DNA of 63,803 nt, counting the filler, from Octopus bimaculoides (Eukaryota), in NCBI RefSeq assembly GCF_001194135.2. It is 4 parts of 3 records of this genome, joined end to end, with 100 filler letters (N's around TTAATTAATTAA, not from the genome) between each part and the next. Parts side by side here need not be neighbours in the genome. Positions count along the whole stretch, not along the records: positions 16,641 to 38,328 come from NC_068983.1; 3 more parts are not named here. One strand, written 5' to 3'. The stretch's first letter is position 1. Each line of letters begins with the position of its first letter. Position numbers and translations under genes: made by a program. The notes under the pieces were generated by a model. It worked only from the letters and a program-made list of their open reading frames with translations. It made no database searches and was not told the DNA's origin. Of this stretch, positions 25,574-38,328 are shown piece after piece.

Positions 25574-26546
25574 CAATTGTGAGAGAAGGGGTTACATGCA
25601 ACTCAGGCACTACATTAATAAAACACACGGAACGCATAATTAAATAATGCAAAATGACGCACAAATAAACTTAGATTAATCATAGGTACTATATTTGGCT
25701 AAGAAAAAGAAGTATTAGTAACAATGTACACTCGATAGATTAGATCTTTCTTGCTTGTTGTACCTTAGTTCTCAATCTCTTCACAACAAAACCCACTAAA
25801 TTACAAGGAACACAAAACAATAATATACTGCGTACCATAAGTTGTATAAAAAACAGCTGCATAACAAAACAAAAATGCTCAAAATGAAAGACCAGGTGGA
25901 CATGTACGGAGCTCAATTATTGCAAACGTCACCTCTACTTAATCCCTATCAATGCTTGAAAACCCATTCCACACACTTCGACACACATTCAGCAATCCAG
26001 ACATTGCAACAATAACATTCAAAAACACCATCTCTACCAGACAAAAAGTAAAAAGGAAAACGCATGCTTATCAGAAAAAGGCACAAATAGGCAGCTTTAA
26101 ACACTGTGTTGGGAAGTACACCGGTAATGATAAATACGGAGAAACAACAACTATTACTTTTCCCGATTTCTCAGTGGCTACCACCAGAATCTGTAGAAAT
26201 AGACTGAACAGTGGTGGGTGTGCAACTTATCCAGACTGTCACACTGCATTCCATACGATTATCACGCACAGGCATCGTATGAAAAAAAAAAGTAAGACCT
26301 ATCACAAAAATGGCTGGTCGTAGCCTTCGCATGTGTGGAATTTTCGATCGGGCGATGGCAATACTCGAAAACGAGTTTCAAGCCATCATGCTTCTATGCA
26401 TGTAGGTAAGTCAGTGTATCTGTTTGTGTACACAGGCAAACGTAATTTTTCTTAGATCTTGAACAAGGGTGCCTATATACAAAATTTTCTTTCTTATGCA
26501 CTTTGATGTCACTGCTAAACACCATTTAATACTATTATAGGAAATC

Positions 26547-26965
26547 GTGGCACTCCGTCGATTATGACGACGAGGGTTCCAATTGATCCGATCAACGGAA
26601 CAGCCTACTCGTGAAATTAACGTGTAGGTGGTTGAGCACTCCACAGACAGGCATACTCTTAACGTAGTTCTCGGAAGATTCAGCGTAACACAGTGTATGA
26701 CAAGGCTGGTCCTTTGAAATACAGGTACAACAGAAACAGGAAGAAAGAGTAAGAGAAAGTCGTGGTGAAAGAATACAGCAGGGTTCGCCACCACCCCCTG
26801 CCGGAGCCTCGTTCAATAAATACTCACAACGCCCGATCTGGGAATCGAAACCGCNNNNNNNNNNCTCGTTCAATAAATACTCACAACGCCCGATCTGGGA
26901 ATCGAAACCGCGATCCCACGACCGCGAGTCCGCTGCCCTAACCACTGGGCCATCGCGCCTCCACG
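26547..26965 (-). mobile_element. Near full-length tRNA-derived SINE (family B)
   Basis: Minus-strand head GGAGGCGCGATGGCCCAGTGGTTAGGGCAGCGGACTCGCGGTCGTGGGATCGCGGTTTCGATTCCCAG has A box (TGGCCCAGTGG) and B box (GTTTCGATTCC), followed by a non-tRNA body repeated at 1558 and 31374. Confidence 0.9.
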
Positions 26966-27719
26966 GTGTAGGAAATGATGACATAAGGTACTGCTCAATA
27001 CAATGGTACTTTTCAATACAAGGTATATTGCTGGGACGTTTACACCAAAATTTTTGCCAAAGTCTCCAGAATAGGAAACAAAACAAAAACTCAAATATTT
27101 TGTATAGGTCATCTATCCGGAATTACTGGGACCAGAAGCATTATTCCCTGCCCAGTCATCTGCCAGTATTCATTCATTTATAAATGTTGAGGTCGAGAAG
27201 TAACTGCGTCAATTACACCAGCCTGATTGGAACAGCAAAGATCATAACATTCTCCTTTGTGTAACTTTTAAATGAAAACAAATTCGTTAACGACGAGAGA
27301 AGTATCGGACGAAATAACTCGTGATAATTGATGTCGCTGGATATAGTGTAGTAATCCACAATACTGCGGTATTTGTCTTGAGGAAGCACTTCATGTGAAC
27401 ACACAGCGCAGAAGTGTATCGGCAGCAGACGAAAAGCATCCAGGCGGCGGCAGTGGAATTACTAAATCGGGATTTCTGCTTCTTTGCACGTCATTTGTTG
27501 CAAGTATCCACTAGCAACCGTATGCTTAGACAAATTTCGCTTCTATTGCAATGATTAATAAATCACTGGTGTCGCTAATAGCTGGCGAACTGAATAAAAA
27601 TTCCTTATTACAAATCACCATGTTATTCAATATCAGTAGGAAAAAGAACCACTTCTTTTATTTGTTGAGCATTGGCGCTTTTGGTTGTTGTACAAAGAGG
27701 TTAATGAACAACCTTGAAA

Positions 27720-27936
27720 TATTGGTTTCAAATTTTGGCATAAGGCCAGCAACTTCGGGGAAGAGGTTAAATCCGTTACATCGACCTCAGTGTTCAACTG
27801 GTACTTATTTTATCGTCCCCGAAAAGATAAACAGCAAAGTCGATCTCGACAAATCTGAACTCAGAACGCGAAAACGAACGAAATGCCGCTAAGTATTTTG
27901 CCCGGTGTGTTAACGGTTCTGCCATCTCCCCGCCTT
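27720..27936 (-). mobile_element. SINE family C
   Basis: TTACATCGACCTCAGTGTTCAACTGGTACTTATTTTATCG..AAAGTCGA..TGAACTCAGAACG..GAAATGCCGCTAAG..TTCTGCCA.CTC.CCGCC. Confidence 0.85.
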
Positions 27937-28935
27937 AAGAAACCTGAAATATTAGAAACAATAAGCAAAGTGAAAGCATATCTGACATAAAGCTTGCAGA
28001 TATACTCTGTAAGCGGAAAAGCAAGAATATGTAAGACCTAGCAGAATTGTACGCAAACCAACCAGCCAACTGAGTTGTAGACTTTAGAGTATTAAAAGAA
28101 AAAGAGGTTCAAGGTACGCACATACACATGGCGTGAAAAAGAGATTGATCTGAATAATTTCAGCGCATATTATATCTTCATCAAAAATCGATTACTCATT
28201 TCCTGACCAAAGAAGGAAATATTTGTTTATAGATAGATATACTGTTCTCTGACGACTAAATTGGTCTGCCTATTTTGCATTAATAGCAAATGCTTCACCA
28301 ACCTGAATGATTTAATTAATGCAAGCACTACACGCAATATGATAATTAGAGGTATAAGGTGACTTGCTTTCTTATATTTTAAAAAACACACACTCGTAAG
28401 TTTTCATTTCTAATACTAATATATGTATGTACGCATAAATATGTGTATATATATATATATATATNNNNNNNNNNNNNNNNNNNNNNNNNNNNNNNNNNNN
28501 NNNNNNNNNNNNNNNNNNNNNNNNNNNNNNNNNNNNNNNNNNNNNNNNNNNNNNNNNNNNNNNNNNNNNNNNNNNNNNNNNNNNNNNNNNNNNNNNNNNN
28601 NNNNNNNNNNNNNNNNNNNNNNNNNNNNNNNNNNNNNNNNNNNNNNNNNNNNNNNNNNNNNNNNNNNNNNNNNNNNNNNNNNNNNNNNNNNNNNNNNNNN
28701 NNNNNNNNNNNNNNNNNNNNNNNNNNNNNNNNNNNNNNNNNNNNNNNNNNNNNNNNNNNNNNNNNNNNNNNNNNNNNNNNNNNNNNNNNNNNNNNNNNNN
28801 NNNNNNNNNNNNNNNNNNNNNNNNNNNNNNNNNNNNNNNNNNNNNNNNNNNNNNNNNNNNNNNNNNNNNNNNNNNNNNNNNNNNNNNNNNNNNNNNNNNN
28901 NNNNNNNNNNNNNNNNNNNNNNNNNNNNNNNNNNN

Positions 28936-28983
<48 letters not shown>

Positions 28984-29015
28984 ATACTCAACCGAAAGAG
29001 CCACTAATAAGTTAT

Positions 29016-29160
29016 ATGCTTTTATGATACTTTAACTATGCACATTTATAAAATACGCCGTTTATCTCCAAGCAGTCTTTCGGGTTCTGTTTATGGGTTA
29101 TTGCATGGAAATACATGCCGTATTTTATAAATATGCGTAGTTAAAGTATCATAAAAGCAT
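29016..29160. mobile_element. Small MITE or foldback element with ~42-bp inverted arms
   Basis: ATGCTTTTATGATACTTTAACTATGCACATTTTATAAAATACG (29016-29058) versus the reverse complement of 29119-29160, ATGCTTTTATGATACTTTAACTACGCATATTTATAAAATACG. Confidence 0.75.
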
Positions 29161-30140
29161 GAAACTATTCGGTGCTCTTCCGGTTGTGTATTAAATAGAT
29201 ATTTATTTCTCACTGGATGGAGTACTTTTTTTGTTGATTCTACCAATATTGGATCTATGTACACACGTATTTATATGTGATATATATGGGTATGTATGTA
29301 TACATGCATATAAAGAAAAGGGGAAAGGGAGAGAGAGTGAGAGAGAAGGTGATATGTGTATGCATGTGTGTTTAAGGTGGTCAGTTGGCAGAGTCGTAAG
29401 AGCGTCGGTTATTTAATAGAATGCAGTTTAAGATACACTTCAAGAAGTCTCGAAATAAATAACAATACATGTAAAGGACAAAGTGTACTTTTGAGATATG
29501 GCGCGATAGCTTATACTTTACATCCAAATACAAGCAGATGGGAATGACCCGGCACTGAACTATCTCCTGTTTGTTTAACATCATAAAATCCATAATTAAA
29601 ACATTGTTCCTATATTACGTACGCATATTTACGTGTTTACATATATATATTACTATATGTGTAACCGCTATTTTACTGTTATTGATTAGTGTGAGGACAG
29701 AAAATAACGCTCATGGTATTTGCAGATTTTTCTAGATTGATGAAATCAATAAAGTTGATTTTCAGATAAAACAACTGTGGGTCCGTATCTGGAGAAAAAA
29801 AAAACCCAAAGAGAAGAAGAAAATTCCTGAGGGTTTCTCCGCAATACTATGAAACATTTTTGCCAAGCTGAGTATGTAAACGTCGGACATATATTATCAT
29901 TATTAATAACAACAACAACAACAACAACAAGTCGCTGGCTTCACATGCTTCTAATTATAAAATAACTTTACGATAGACTGAAAAGCACTCAATGCTTAGG
30001 TTAGACTAAATCTAATGTTATCTCATGCTACTTATTAAGAGTTTCATAACCAGAAACAATCGTCAGATGAGGGTAGCTGGAGTTGAGATCTCTAGTACGG
30101 TTGTATGGTCGTATGATACACAAGGAGTAAGTACATCATA

Positions 30141-30189
<49 letters not shown>

Positions 30190-31373
30190 GGTATGACCGC
30201 TCTTTCGCTTTTCCCGGCATCAGTTCTTGAAGATGATGAATAATGATTATGAAAAACATGTATGGGTAAACCAAATAAAAATACTAAAACATGTATAGGT
30301 AATTTTTTATGAATTAATTATCAAGATTTATGAAGAAAGTTTTACAATTAAAACATTCCAGTGTACGCAAGGCTGGTGATATATATATATATTTTTTTTG
30401 ACATTGTCACTATACCTGCAGCACCCTCTGCAGTTCTGTAGAGCTACATACAATTGTCCACGAACAAAGAGATCTACTGAAAAGAACTGAGCAATTGTAC
30501 TCAATTATTGATATATTGATCTTTATCGATTGCCACGCAAGCTATTCAAACAGGAATCTGTAATCGCGTAAGGACGAATGAAAGGGTATCGGAAGGTCTC
30601 GATTTAATTCTTCGATTAATTGCATGTTTTCCATTTTGTGACAATTTGGCCTTCACTCATACATTCATGTAAATGGATTGTTTGAATTCCTGTCCCATTG
30701 CTAAGTGGTTTAGCATAATTTCATTTTCAAGATAGTATTACAACAGAACTCCGTTTCAAAGTTAAAGTATGAGGAGAAGCATTTCATGAGAGTTATAGTT
30801 GAAACCGTTAATCTAGACACGTGTCTTTTCTCACTCCGTTTTCTTTTCTCTCTTCTTTGTTTTCTTTTTATCTCATCCTTTCTGTAGAAGACCATAGGCT
30901 CGAAATATCAAAAACTACTTATATTTTCTTGAGCGTTTGTTATTTCCTCACGTACCTCTGCCTTGTTTTGTTTTTTTGTTTGTTTGTTTTTTTATTTGTC
31001 TTTTGTACAACTTTGAACTCTATTGAGTAATTGTACAGATTGTCTTTATAATCAAAGGAATCAGTGATTTTGTAAATTGTTGAGCCTGTTACACTACGAA
31101 CACAATGATCATCTCTTGTAACAGATGAGATATGTAGACATTGAAACAAGTGTCTACAGATGATGACGATAGAGAAAAACAACGGTTTGCATACATACAC
31201 CACAAAATAAATAACGTCAACTGAATTTGAACCTTCGTCTCATACTTTAAATTCAACATTAAATAATTATTTCTAAAAGCTGCAACCCTCTAACCAAATT
31301 GAAAATAAAATGAAAGGAAAATGATGATTGTTGAATGATATACAACAATATATCATTTAATCCCTAAGTTGTT

Positions 31374-31760
31374 GGCATTCCGTCGCTTACGACGTCGAGG
31401 GTTCCAGTTGATCCGATCAACGGAACAGCCTGCTCGTGAAATTAATGTGCAAGTGGCTGAGCACTCCACAGACACCAGACACGTGTACCCTTAACGTAGT
31501 TCTCGGGGATATTCAGCGTGACACAGTGTGACAAGACTGGCCCTTTGAATTACAGGTATAACAGAAACAGGAAGTAAGAGTGAGAGAAAGCTGTGGTGAA
31601 AGAGTACAGCAGGGTTTGCCTCGTAACTTAGCAAAAACACACCGATAGAATAAGTATGAAGCTTAAAAAAACAGTAAGTACTGGGGTCGATTTGTTCGGC
31701 TAAAACCTTCGAGGCGGTACTCCAGTATGGTCGCAGTCTAACGACTGAAACAATGCGATA
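31374..31760. mobile_element. Fusion of SINE B 3' part (minus, 31374-31620) and SINE A 3' part (plus, 31621-31760)
   Basis: Left part matches 26547-26790; right part matches the family A tail; no intervening sequence. Confidence 0.8.
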
Positions 31761-31779
31761 AAAGAATGCATATGCGCCC

Positions 31780-31823
<44 letters not shown>

Positions 31824-31974
31824 CATTTTGGTCAAGTCAGTCTCTTTCTACTCTGAATATCACCAGTTGGTGCGCAGGGTCTTTAAGCAACAATAAGATA
31901 TATTATTAATGTCTAGTGTAGTATTGAGTACCCTTTTTTTCGACTGTTATCATTAAACGGATATATGTGTATAA

Positions 31975-32018
<44 letters not shown>

Positions 32019-32379
32019 AAAGGTTATGAAGGGTATTGAAGTCAACCAAACCCTAAAGGTACAGACAATACCGAGTAAGTGCTGTATACCGACTAGTTTT
32101 GCCCCTGTCGTTGTAGCAATATGAGTGGGGAATATAACATAGGTCGTGTATTAGCGTGTGTATGTATAAAGAAAGAAAAAGATAAAGAGACCAATGGCAA
32201 AGTTAGAATTATATTTTATGTATAAAGTCTAAAATAAAATATAATTCTAACTTTGCCATTAGTCTCTTTATCTTTTTCTTTCTTTATATATATATATATN
32301 NNNNNNNNNNNNNNNNNNNNNNNNNNNNNNNNNNNNNNNNNNNNNNNNNNNNNNNNNNNNNNNNNNNNNNNNNNNNNNN

Positions 32380-32419
<40 letters not shown>

Positions 32420-32708
32420 TGAGAGAGAGATGGGGAGTTTAGAAGCAGTGGTTGACTTGTTGAAACCTTGTAACCAACGACAATATTATTTACAAATGGA
32501 TGTGTAAATGGCTACCTGGCTGGATAAATGGAGGGTGTGGCAATATGTCATCTTAACACAAGTTCAATCTGACCAGCATCGATCTGACCAATCCTCTCTC
32601 TCCATTTTCTGCGTAATCGACGACAATTATGTACGCAAATACACACTAGTAAGCACAAGAGAAATCTTAATCTAGTCATATATGTATGTATGCTTATGTG
32701 TGTCTGTG

Positions 32709-32763
<55 letters not shown>

Positions 32764-33360
32764 CTGTGTGAGTGTGTGAGTGTGTGTGCGCGCGTGCGTT
32801 TAGTTTTACAAATAGCAGAATAAGTATACTCAATACGAGATGTTGAGTATGTATACGCATATGCTTTTATTCTTTTACTAGTTTCAGTCATTGGATTATT
32901 TCAGTCATTGAATTGTTATGCTTATTATTCATCTATAGAAATTAGATCCAGCACCGAAGGTTACGGTGTTTCGTGTAAGAATGCGTCTATATTAACAATG
33001 CAATCGAAAATAGAAAAATAGGTAGTGGTTATATATGCATATTTCGGGAGTTATTGCTCCTTTTTCAGCACCACATCCAACCCATTAACCATTCACGATC
33101 ACATTGCTTAAATAGCCACTAAATTTAGCGGTGTAACACAATTGGAAATAACATTTTCACATATTACACACATTCCTGGAAACTAGTACTAAACGTCGTA
33201 ACTTTCAGGAATTCACTTCATTCTCTTTGAGTTCAGTCTTTATTGAAATAAGCAACTGGTAGATATTAGCGTCGAAGGCCAGCTCTGATTTCAAGCATAA
33301 AATGTCCACTGTCTCAAAGCTGGATCACTGCAGAGGTTAACAAATATTCTGTAGACAGAT

Positions 33361-33457
<97 letters not shown>

Positions 33458-33769
33458 GTATGTATGTATGTACATACATACATACATACATACATACATA
33501 CATACATACATACATACACACACACACACTAACCCAAAGTGTGACGTGCAACTGCCTGCAGTGGGCAGTCATCAACATCACAATCATCTGACAGCTGTCT
33601 TCAAAAGTCATTGAAAAGGAATGCATATTCCAGCCATTTGGATAAAAGATGATGTCTACATACCAAAATAAATACCTTTCAAAGTAGCTGAATGACTCAG
33701 ATTCCTTGATTGTCACTCTTGGAGTAACAGCTGAGGTAGATAGAATTTACCAAGCTAAAATATGGTTTT

Positions 33770-34576
33770 TCAATGAATTTCTTGAACTTGAATAGTCTGT
33801 ACTGGAATCTCAAGTGAAGTAGCGGCTATCAACCTGTGCTCTACATGTCCATTTCTTTGATCTCCGTATTCAAATTTTATTCGTAATTCTCCGATGTGAG
33901 ATTTTGGTAGAATGTCAGGAATCCATTCAATGATAAAAAAGAATAGGATCTTTCTGGTCCACACTAGTGTTACCAACTTTTAAAAAAGTTTTCAACTCAA
34001 ATGGCCGGATTGGTGTTTGATGTTTGCTTTTAAAAGTGTCATCAATGCTTTCAACTTGTACTTTAGGGACTTCATATAAATCGTACGTACCGTCACGATT
34101 TTCAACAAAGTTCCGAGTAATTTCTAATGGCATATCTGACGTGTCAAATATTTGTTTCACTTGTAAAATATTGGTGATGTGCCACGTATATTTAGTAAAC
34201 ATTCCCCGAGGAAGAGCATCCTTGCGGACAAAACCTGTTGTATAGTTTGGTAAACGCTTTTTCGTGTTTCCAGAAGTGATTCTTTGCCGTAAACAATCAA
34301 ATAATGCCTGAGGTGCATGGAATACTAATGGTTTGGGACTGCCTTCAAACTGATAATGCATTGTTTGGTTAATTCTCTCTGTTACACTACCTAACCATTG
34401 AAGGAATGTTATAGCGACAGAACTTTCATCAAGTGGAACTGTAACTGACTTTTTTGGTGGCGTACTAGATTTTGTTGGTTGTTGAATGGGTGTCGTTTGT
34501 TTGACTGGACTGGACTTGCGAGTCTCAATTCTTCCATCTTGTAATGTTAACAATGCGCTACTTGCTTGAACAAGAA
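33770..34576 (-). pseudogene. C2orf42: C2orf42 homolog, C-terminal half, uninterrupted and frameshifted (retrocopy/pseudogene, or a real terminal exon with an assembly error)
   Basis: [129 protein letters not shown] matches the human C2orf42 C-terminus as I recall it. One extra base in the A6 run at 33935-33940 splits the frame between track ORFs 33927..34553 and 33770..33976. Stop at 33770-33772; possible TTTTAG acceptor with AG at 34578-34577; AATAAA on the minus strand at 33239-33244. Confidence 0.85.
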
Positions 34577-34701
34577 CTAAAATGCTCTAATGTAGTCAAA
34601 GCACATAATTGTATACATATATACTGACAGTATATATGTATACAATTAAGTGCTTTGACTACAGCATTAGAGCATTTTAGCTCTTATTTCTAGCAATGTA
34701 G
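34558..34701. repeat. Near-perfect palindrome centred on 34627
   Basis: Arms 34577-34626 and 34628-34680 pair with one mismatch and one 3-nt bulge around a 1-nt spacer; weaker pairing extends to 34558 and 34701. Confidence 0.93.
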
Positions 34702-34745
34702 GTGTTTCTAACACCCTAGTCATATTTATATAGTCATATATATAT

Positions 34746-35665
34746 GGGGCAGCGAGGAGTGAAATAGTTTTCACTTGCGGAAGGGTTTAACTTGCGGTCT
34801 CTTGTCATTCATAGCCAACTTGACCTTGTTTCAGCTGTCGTGCCTTTCTCCTTCATGGCTTTTTTCTGTTATCTGCGTTTCTGATTTATCTTCTCTATGA
34901 AATAGAGCACTGATCTTACTAGAAATCCTCGCCAGCCAACTTCATTGGTCAAATGATGCCGCATGCCATCTCTTGACAAGGGTCACGTCGACTAAGTCCT
35001 GATATTTCGTTTTCATTACCTGATGGGAAATATCGAGTCTGTCCTCCTAGAACACTGTGAGTTCGACTACGATGATTGTTTTTGTACTTCTGGAGAGCAG
35101 GCACATGTCTGATCGAAGTGATGTTACCACTATCACCTCTGGAAAGACATGTCTGCCCTTCAGGTCCACTTGAATCTCTCAGTCTGAGTTTGAACGCAAA
35201 ATAGAAAACAAGTCACCAGCCATTGCTTTCGTCTTGAGAGCTTTAGAAATTTGATACCTTTTGGAGTTAGTGGCTTTGTCAGTGTTCACCTTTTGCAGAT
35301 GAGTCCACTTGGAGATTTATGCAAAGATCTTGTCATGTATCCACTTGTATCGACCTTCTCCCAGTGTCCAAGTGCATCCGGTCAAAATGTGGTCCAGGGT
35401 ACAAAGAGTTGCTCTGTACTGCTTGCAAGATGGGTCTTCTTTGTCCCGTATATGGCATTAGCCAGAGGTCAGCGACTGCATGAAGGACGAAGGACACTCT
35501 TCTCTGACCAGTGTTTCAAAGTTCTTTCCAAGACAATAGGCGCTTGAGTGCTTGGTCCCATTATATCCCTTGTCCTTGATGGGCAAGCCCGATTGCTTTC
35601 ACCGAGCGAACCTCCTCTGTTTAATCACAGATCATTTACAGTATGAGCTCTCTTTCACTATTTCT

Positions 35666-35710
<45 letters not shown>

Positions 35711-35948
35711 ACTGGTATTGGTGTTTTTCCACTTCTTCGTACTGTAGTTGTCAAGTCCTAGCCGTCCTTGACACACAAATCAAACAATCACTAGGTGTTT
35801 CCAGTATGTCTACATTTCATTCACAGTTTGCTGGGGCTTCCATTTCCTGCCACATTTTATGCGGTCGCTAGTATTTCTGACTCTCTCATCTCATCCTCAG
35901 ATAAAAGCAATGTACTGATTGCGCTTTCCTTTAGCAATCAGCATATTT

Positions 35949-35984
<36 letters not shown>

Positions 35985-36130
35985 AACAAGACTCGGGTAA
36001 AAACCTTACAGAATGCAATGCAAAGCTCATCCACAGTTATTGGCTACCTGATGTCTTCATACAGTGGAAATGTTCCTGCTACTGGATATACATTAGGAAT
36101 TCCATAGTGTCTGCAAAAATGATTGAAAAT
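34746..36130 (-). mobile_element. Degenerate RLE-type non-LTR retrotransposon 3' part, HERO-like
   Basis: Minus-strand pieces DRIKCGRKWKPQQTVNE, VCQGRLGL, VKAIGLAHQGQ, DPSCKQY..TLDHILTGCTWTLGEGRYKWIHDKI (zinc knuckle) and VDLKGRHVFPEVIVVTSLRSDMCLLSRSTKTIIVVELTVF*EDRLDISHQ..KTKYQDL (RLE domain); interrupted by (CT)n at 35670-35706 and (TA)n. Confidence 0.85.
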
Positions 36131-36334
36131 AGAATGAACATTCTTTATTAAAAATTACTTCAATTGTTGACACATTTTTACGCCTGTAATACATTGGTGA
36201 GATGTTGTGTAATTATTATCATCCATTCAAGGTGTAAAATACGCCTCGTCACGTAATTGTTTAAATAAATCCTTCGTTAGATCCTATCGTAAGTTCACTC
36301 AGTGTGACAATGCATACTTAAAGTGATGTGTCAT

Positions 36335-37350
36335 TAATAATAATGCTTTCTTTATTTACCACTGAGGTAAATAAAAAAACGTTGGAGACGGTGCTGGACG
36401 ATACAATATAGGGTTGCATAACGAAGAGTGTAAAAAATAGAAAAATTATCATAAAATAAATTCTAACGATGAATAATTCACCCAAAAGAAGGAGACTTCC
36501 TAGGGCTACTCGCGAAAACCCCACAAAACCACGGTCATCCTGATCATTAAGGCAAATGCCCCCTCCACATCATTTTCTTTCAATTTACAGGCTCATACTT
36601 AAAGTAAACCCGTTTACTGGGACCATTCGTGCAACATTTACCTACCTTTCAACAAAATTGCTGGGAAGCAGCACTTCTTTTTCTACCCTCACTTTCAATT
36701 TCAAATGAAACTTGAAAAAATTGATGAGGGCTTGACCAAAGAGGAAAGTATCTGTCTTCAGCACTTTCAATTTGGTCCACCACACAGCATCATTCTCTAA
36801 AGCTACCAAACAAATAAACATTGCTTGCTCTTCCCGATCATAGGAAGGAGGCAGGACGATCTTCACAATGGATTGAGCTAACAGCCGGATCCACCCTACA
36901 CGTGACAGCAAGTGTTCGACATTATCCCACAGGTTAGCAATGTTTTGGCACTACACGAGAGTGTGCAAAAGAGTTTCGTCACACTGCGCGCATCTCGGGT
37001 AAGCCCGGTCGACGGAACTTTCATGCCTGTAGAGTTTATTCCGAACTGGTAATGCTCTCTGGTAGCACCACCAGGTCAAGGATTTCAGGAAATTATCCAT
37101 GGGCCCCGGCCCTAAAGTCCTCCGGAACAGACTAGCCAGTTGATTCTCGTCGACGCCCAGAGTCTCCCCAAGAACATCATCGCACTAGACCACCACTAAA
37201 CATCTATAGAACGCCAGAGTGGAATATCCACCGGCTACATTACCCGACTGATAGAGGACTGTGAGCGCCTGACGACACTAGGTGCTAGGCGTCCTGCCTC
37301 GGTCTGCGCTTGATCCAGAACTGCAGCTCAGCCAAACAGACGAGGTACAG
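36335..37350 (-). mobile_element. Tx1/L1-clade LINE 3' fragment
   Basis: LFRRTLGPGPMDNFLKSLTWWCYQRALPVRNKLYRH..YPRCAQCDETLLHTLV*C..LW is the C-terminal CCHC (zf-RVT-type) region, followed by AVWWTKLK and an AT-rich tail with AATAAA. Confidence 0.82.
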
Positions 37351-37417
37351 AAATAAGAAAAAAAAACAATTCTTTCCACTATAGACACAAGGCCTGATGT
37401 TTTTCGGGAAGAAGATA

Positions 37418-37565
37418 GTCGAACGTATCGACTCCAGCGCTAAACTTATTCTATCGACCCCGAAAAGATGAAAGGCAAAGTTCACTACAACGGAAATGGA
37501 AGTCAGAATGTAAAGATGGACGAAATGTCGCTACGTATTTTCTCCGGTTAATTGTTCTACTAGCT
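37418..37565 (-). mobile_element. SINE family C
   Basis: ATCGACTCCAGCGCTAAACTTATTCTATCGACCCCGAAAAGATGAAAGGCAAAGT..TCAGAATGTAAAGA.GGACGAAATG.CGCTA. Confidence 0.8.
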
Positions 37566-37569
37566 CTCT

Positions 37570-37701
<132 letters not shown>

Positions 37702-38277
37702 CAGTACCAGGCAGTGGCTCTCATAGCTTCTGATCTTAACTGAGTCGAAGTATTATCATGTACATTGTTTTGCCTTGGTATAAAAGATAGGCAACAGCAA
37801 ATATTCTGCTCAATACCACAGATTTACTTGTCAGTTGCTTGACTTTAACCAGTTGAGCATATCCCTTAGTAGCTGATGATATGTGCATCTCTGATCACGA
37901 GCAGAAGTAGTGGGGAGCATCATAGCCATGTGTTAAGAAAAATTCATTGGGGTTTGGATAATTCACCTTTAGAAACATGGGTGTTTCGTTCAACTTCCTT
38001 AAACAACCCTTATTCAGGGATCTTTTGAGCTGGGTGGGCAACTCGATCTGAAGAAAATTCTAACTGGGCCTCACCTGCAAAGTTATGCACTGTTTATCTT
38101 GATATGAGGTTACTGTGTCGCGCACACATGGTTGCGATGCCTGTGCCTGGTGTACCCTTATCAGACGGGTAGTCATGATGGGTAGACTGGGCTTCGTATA
38201 TTTTACCCCAGCGCTGCTCTCTCACTCAATTGTAATACTAGTGGAGATGGAAAAGACACAATAAATCATATTCTCTC

Positions 38278-38328
<51 letters not shown>

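Noticed and set aside
26808-26911. 47-bp direct repeat around 10 Ns in SINE B
   Set aside because: Same overlap artefact.
26895-26965. tRNA-like sequence with A and B boxes
   Set aside because: No proper acceptor stem closure, and it continues into a repeated SINE body; it is a SINE head.
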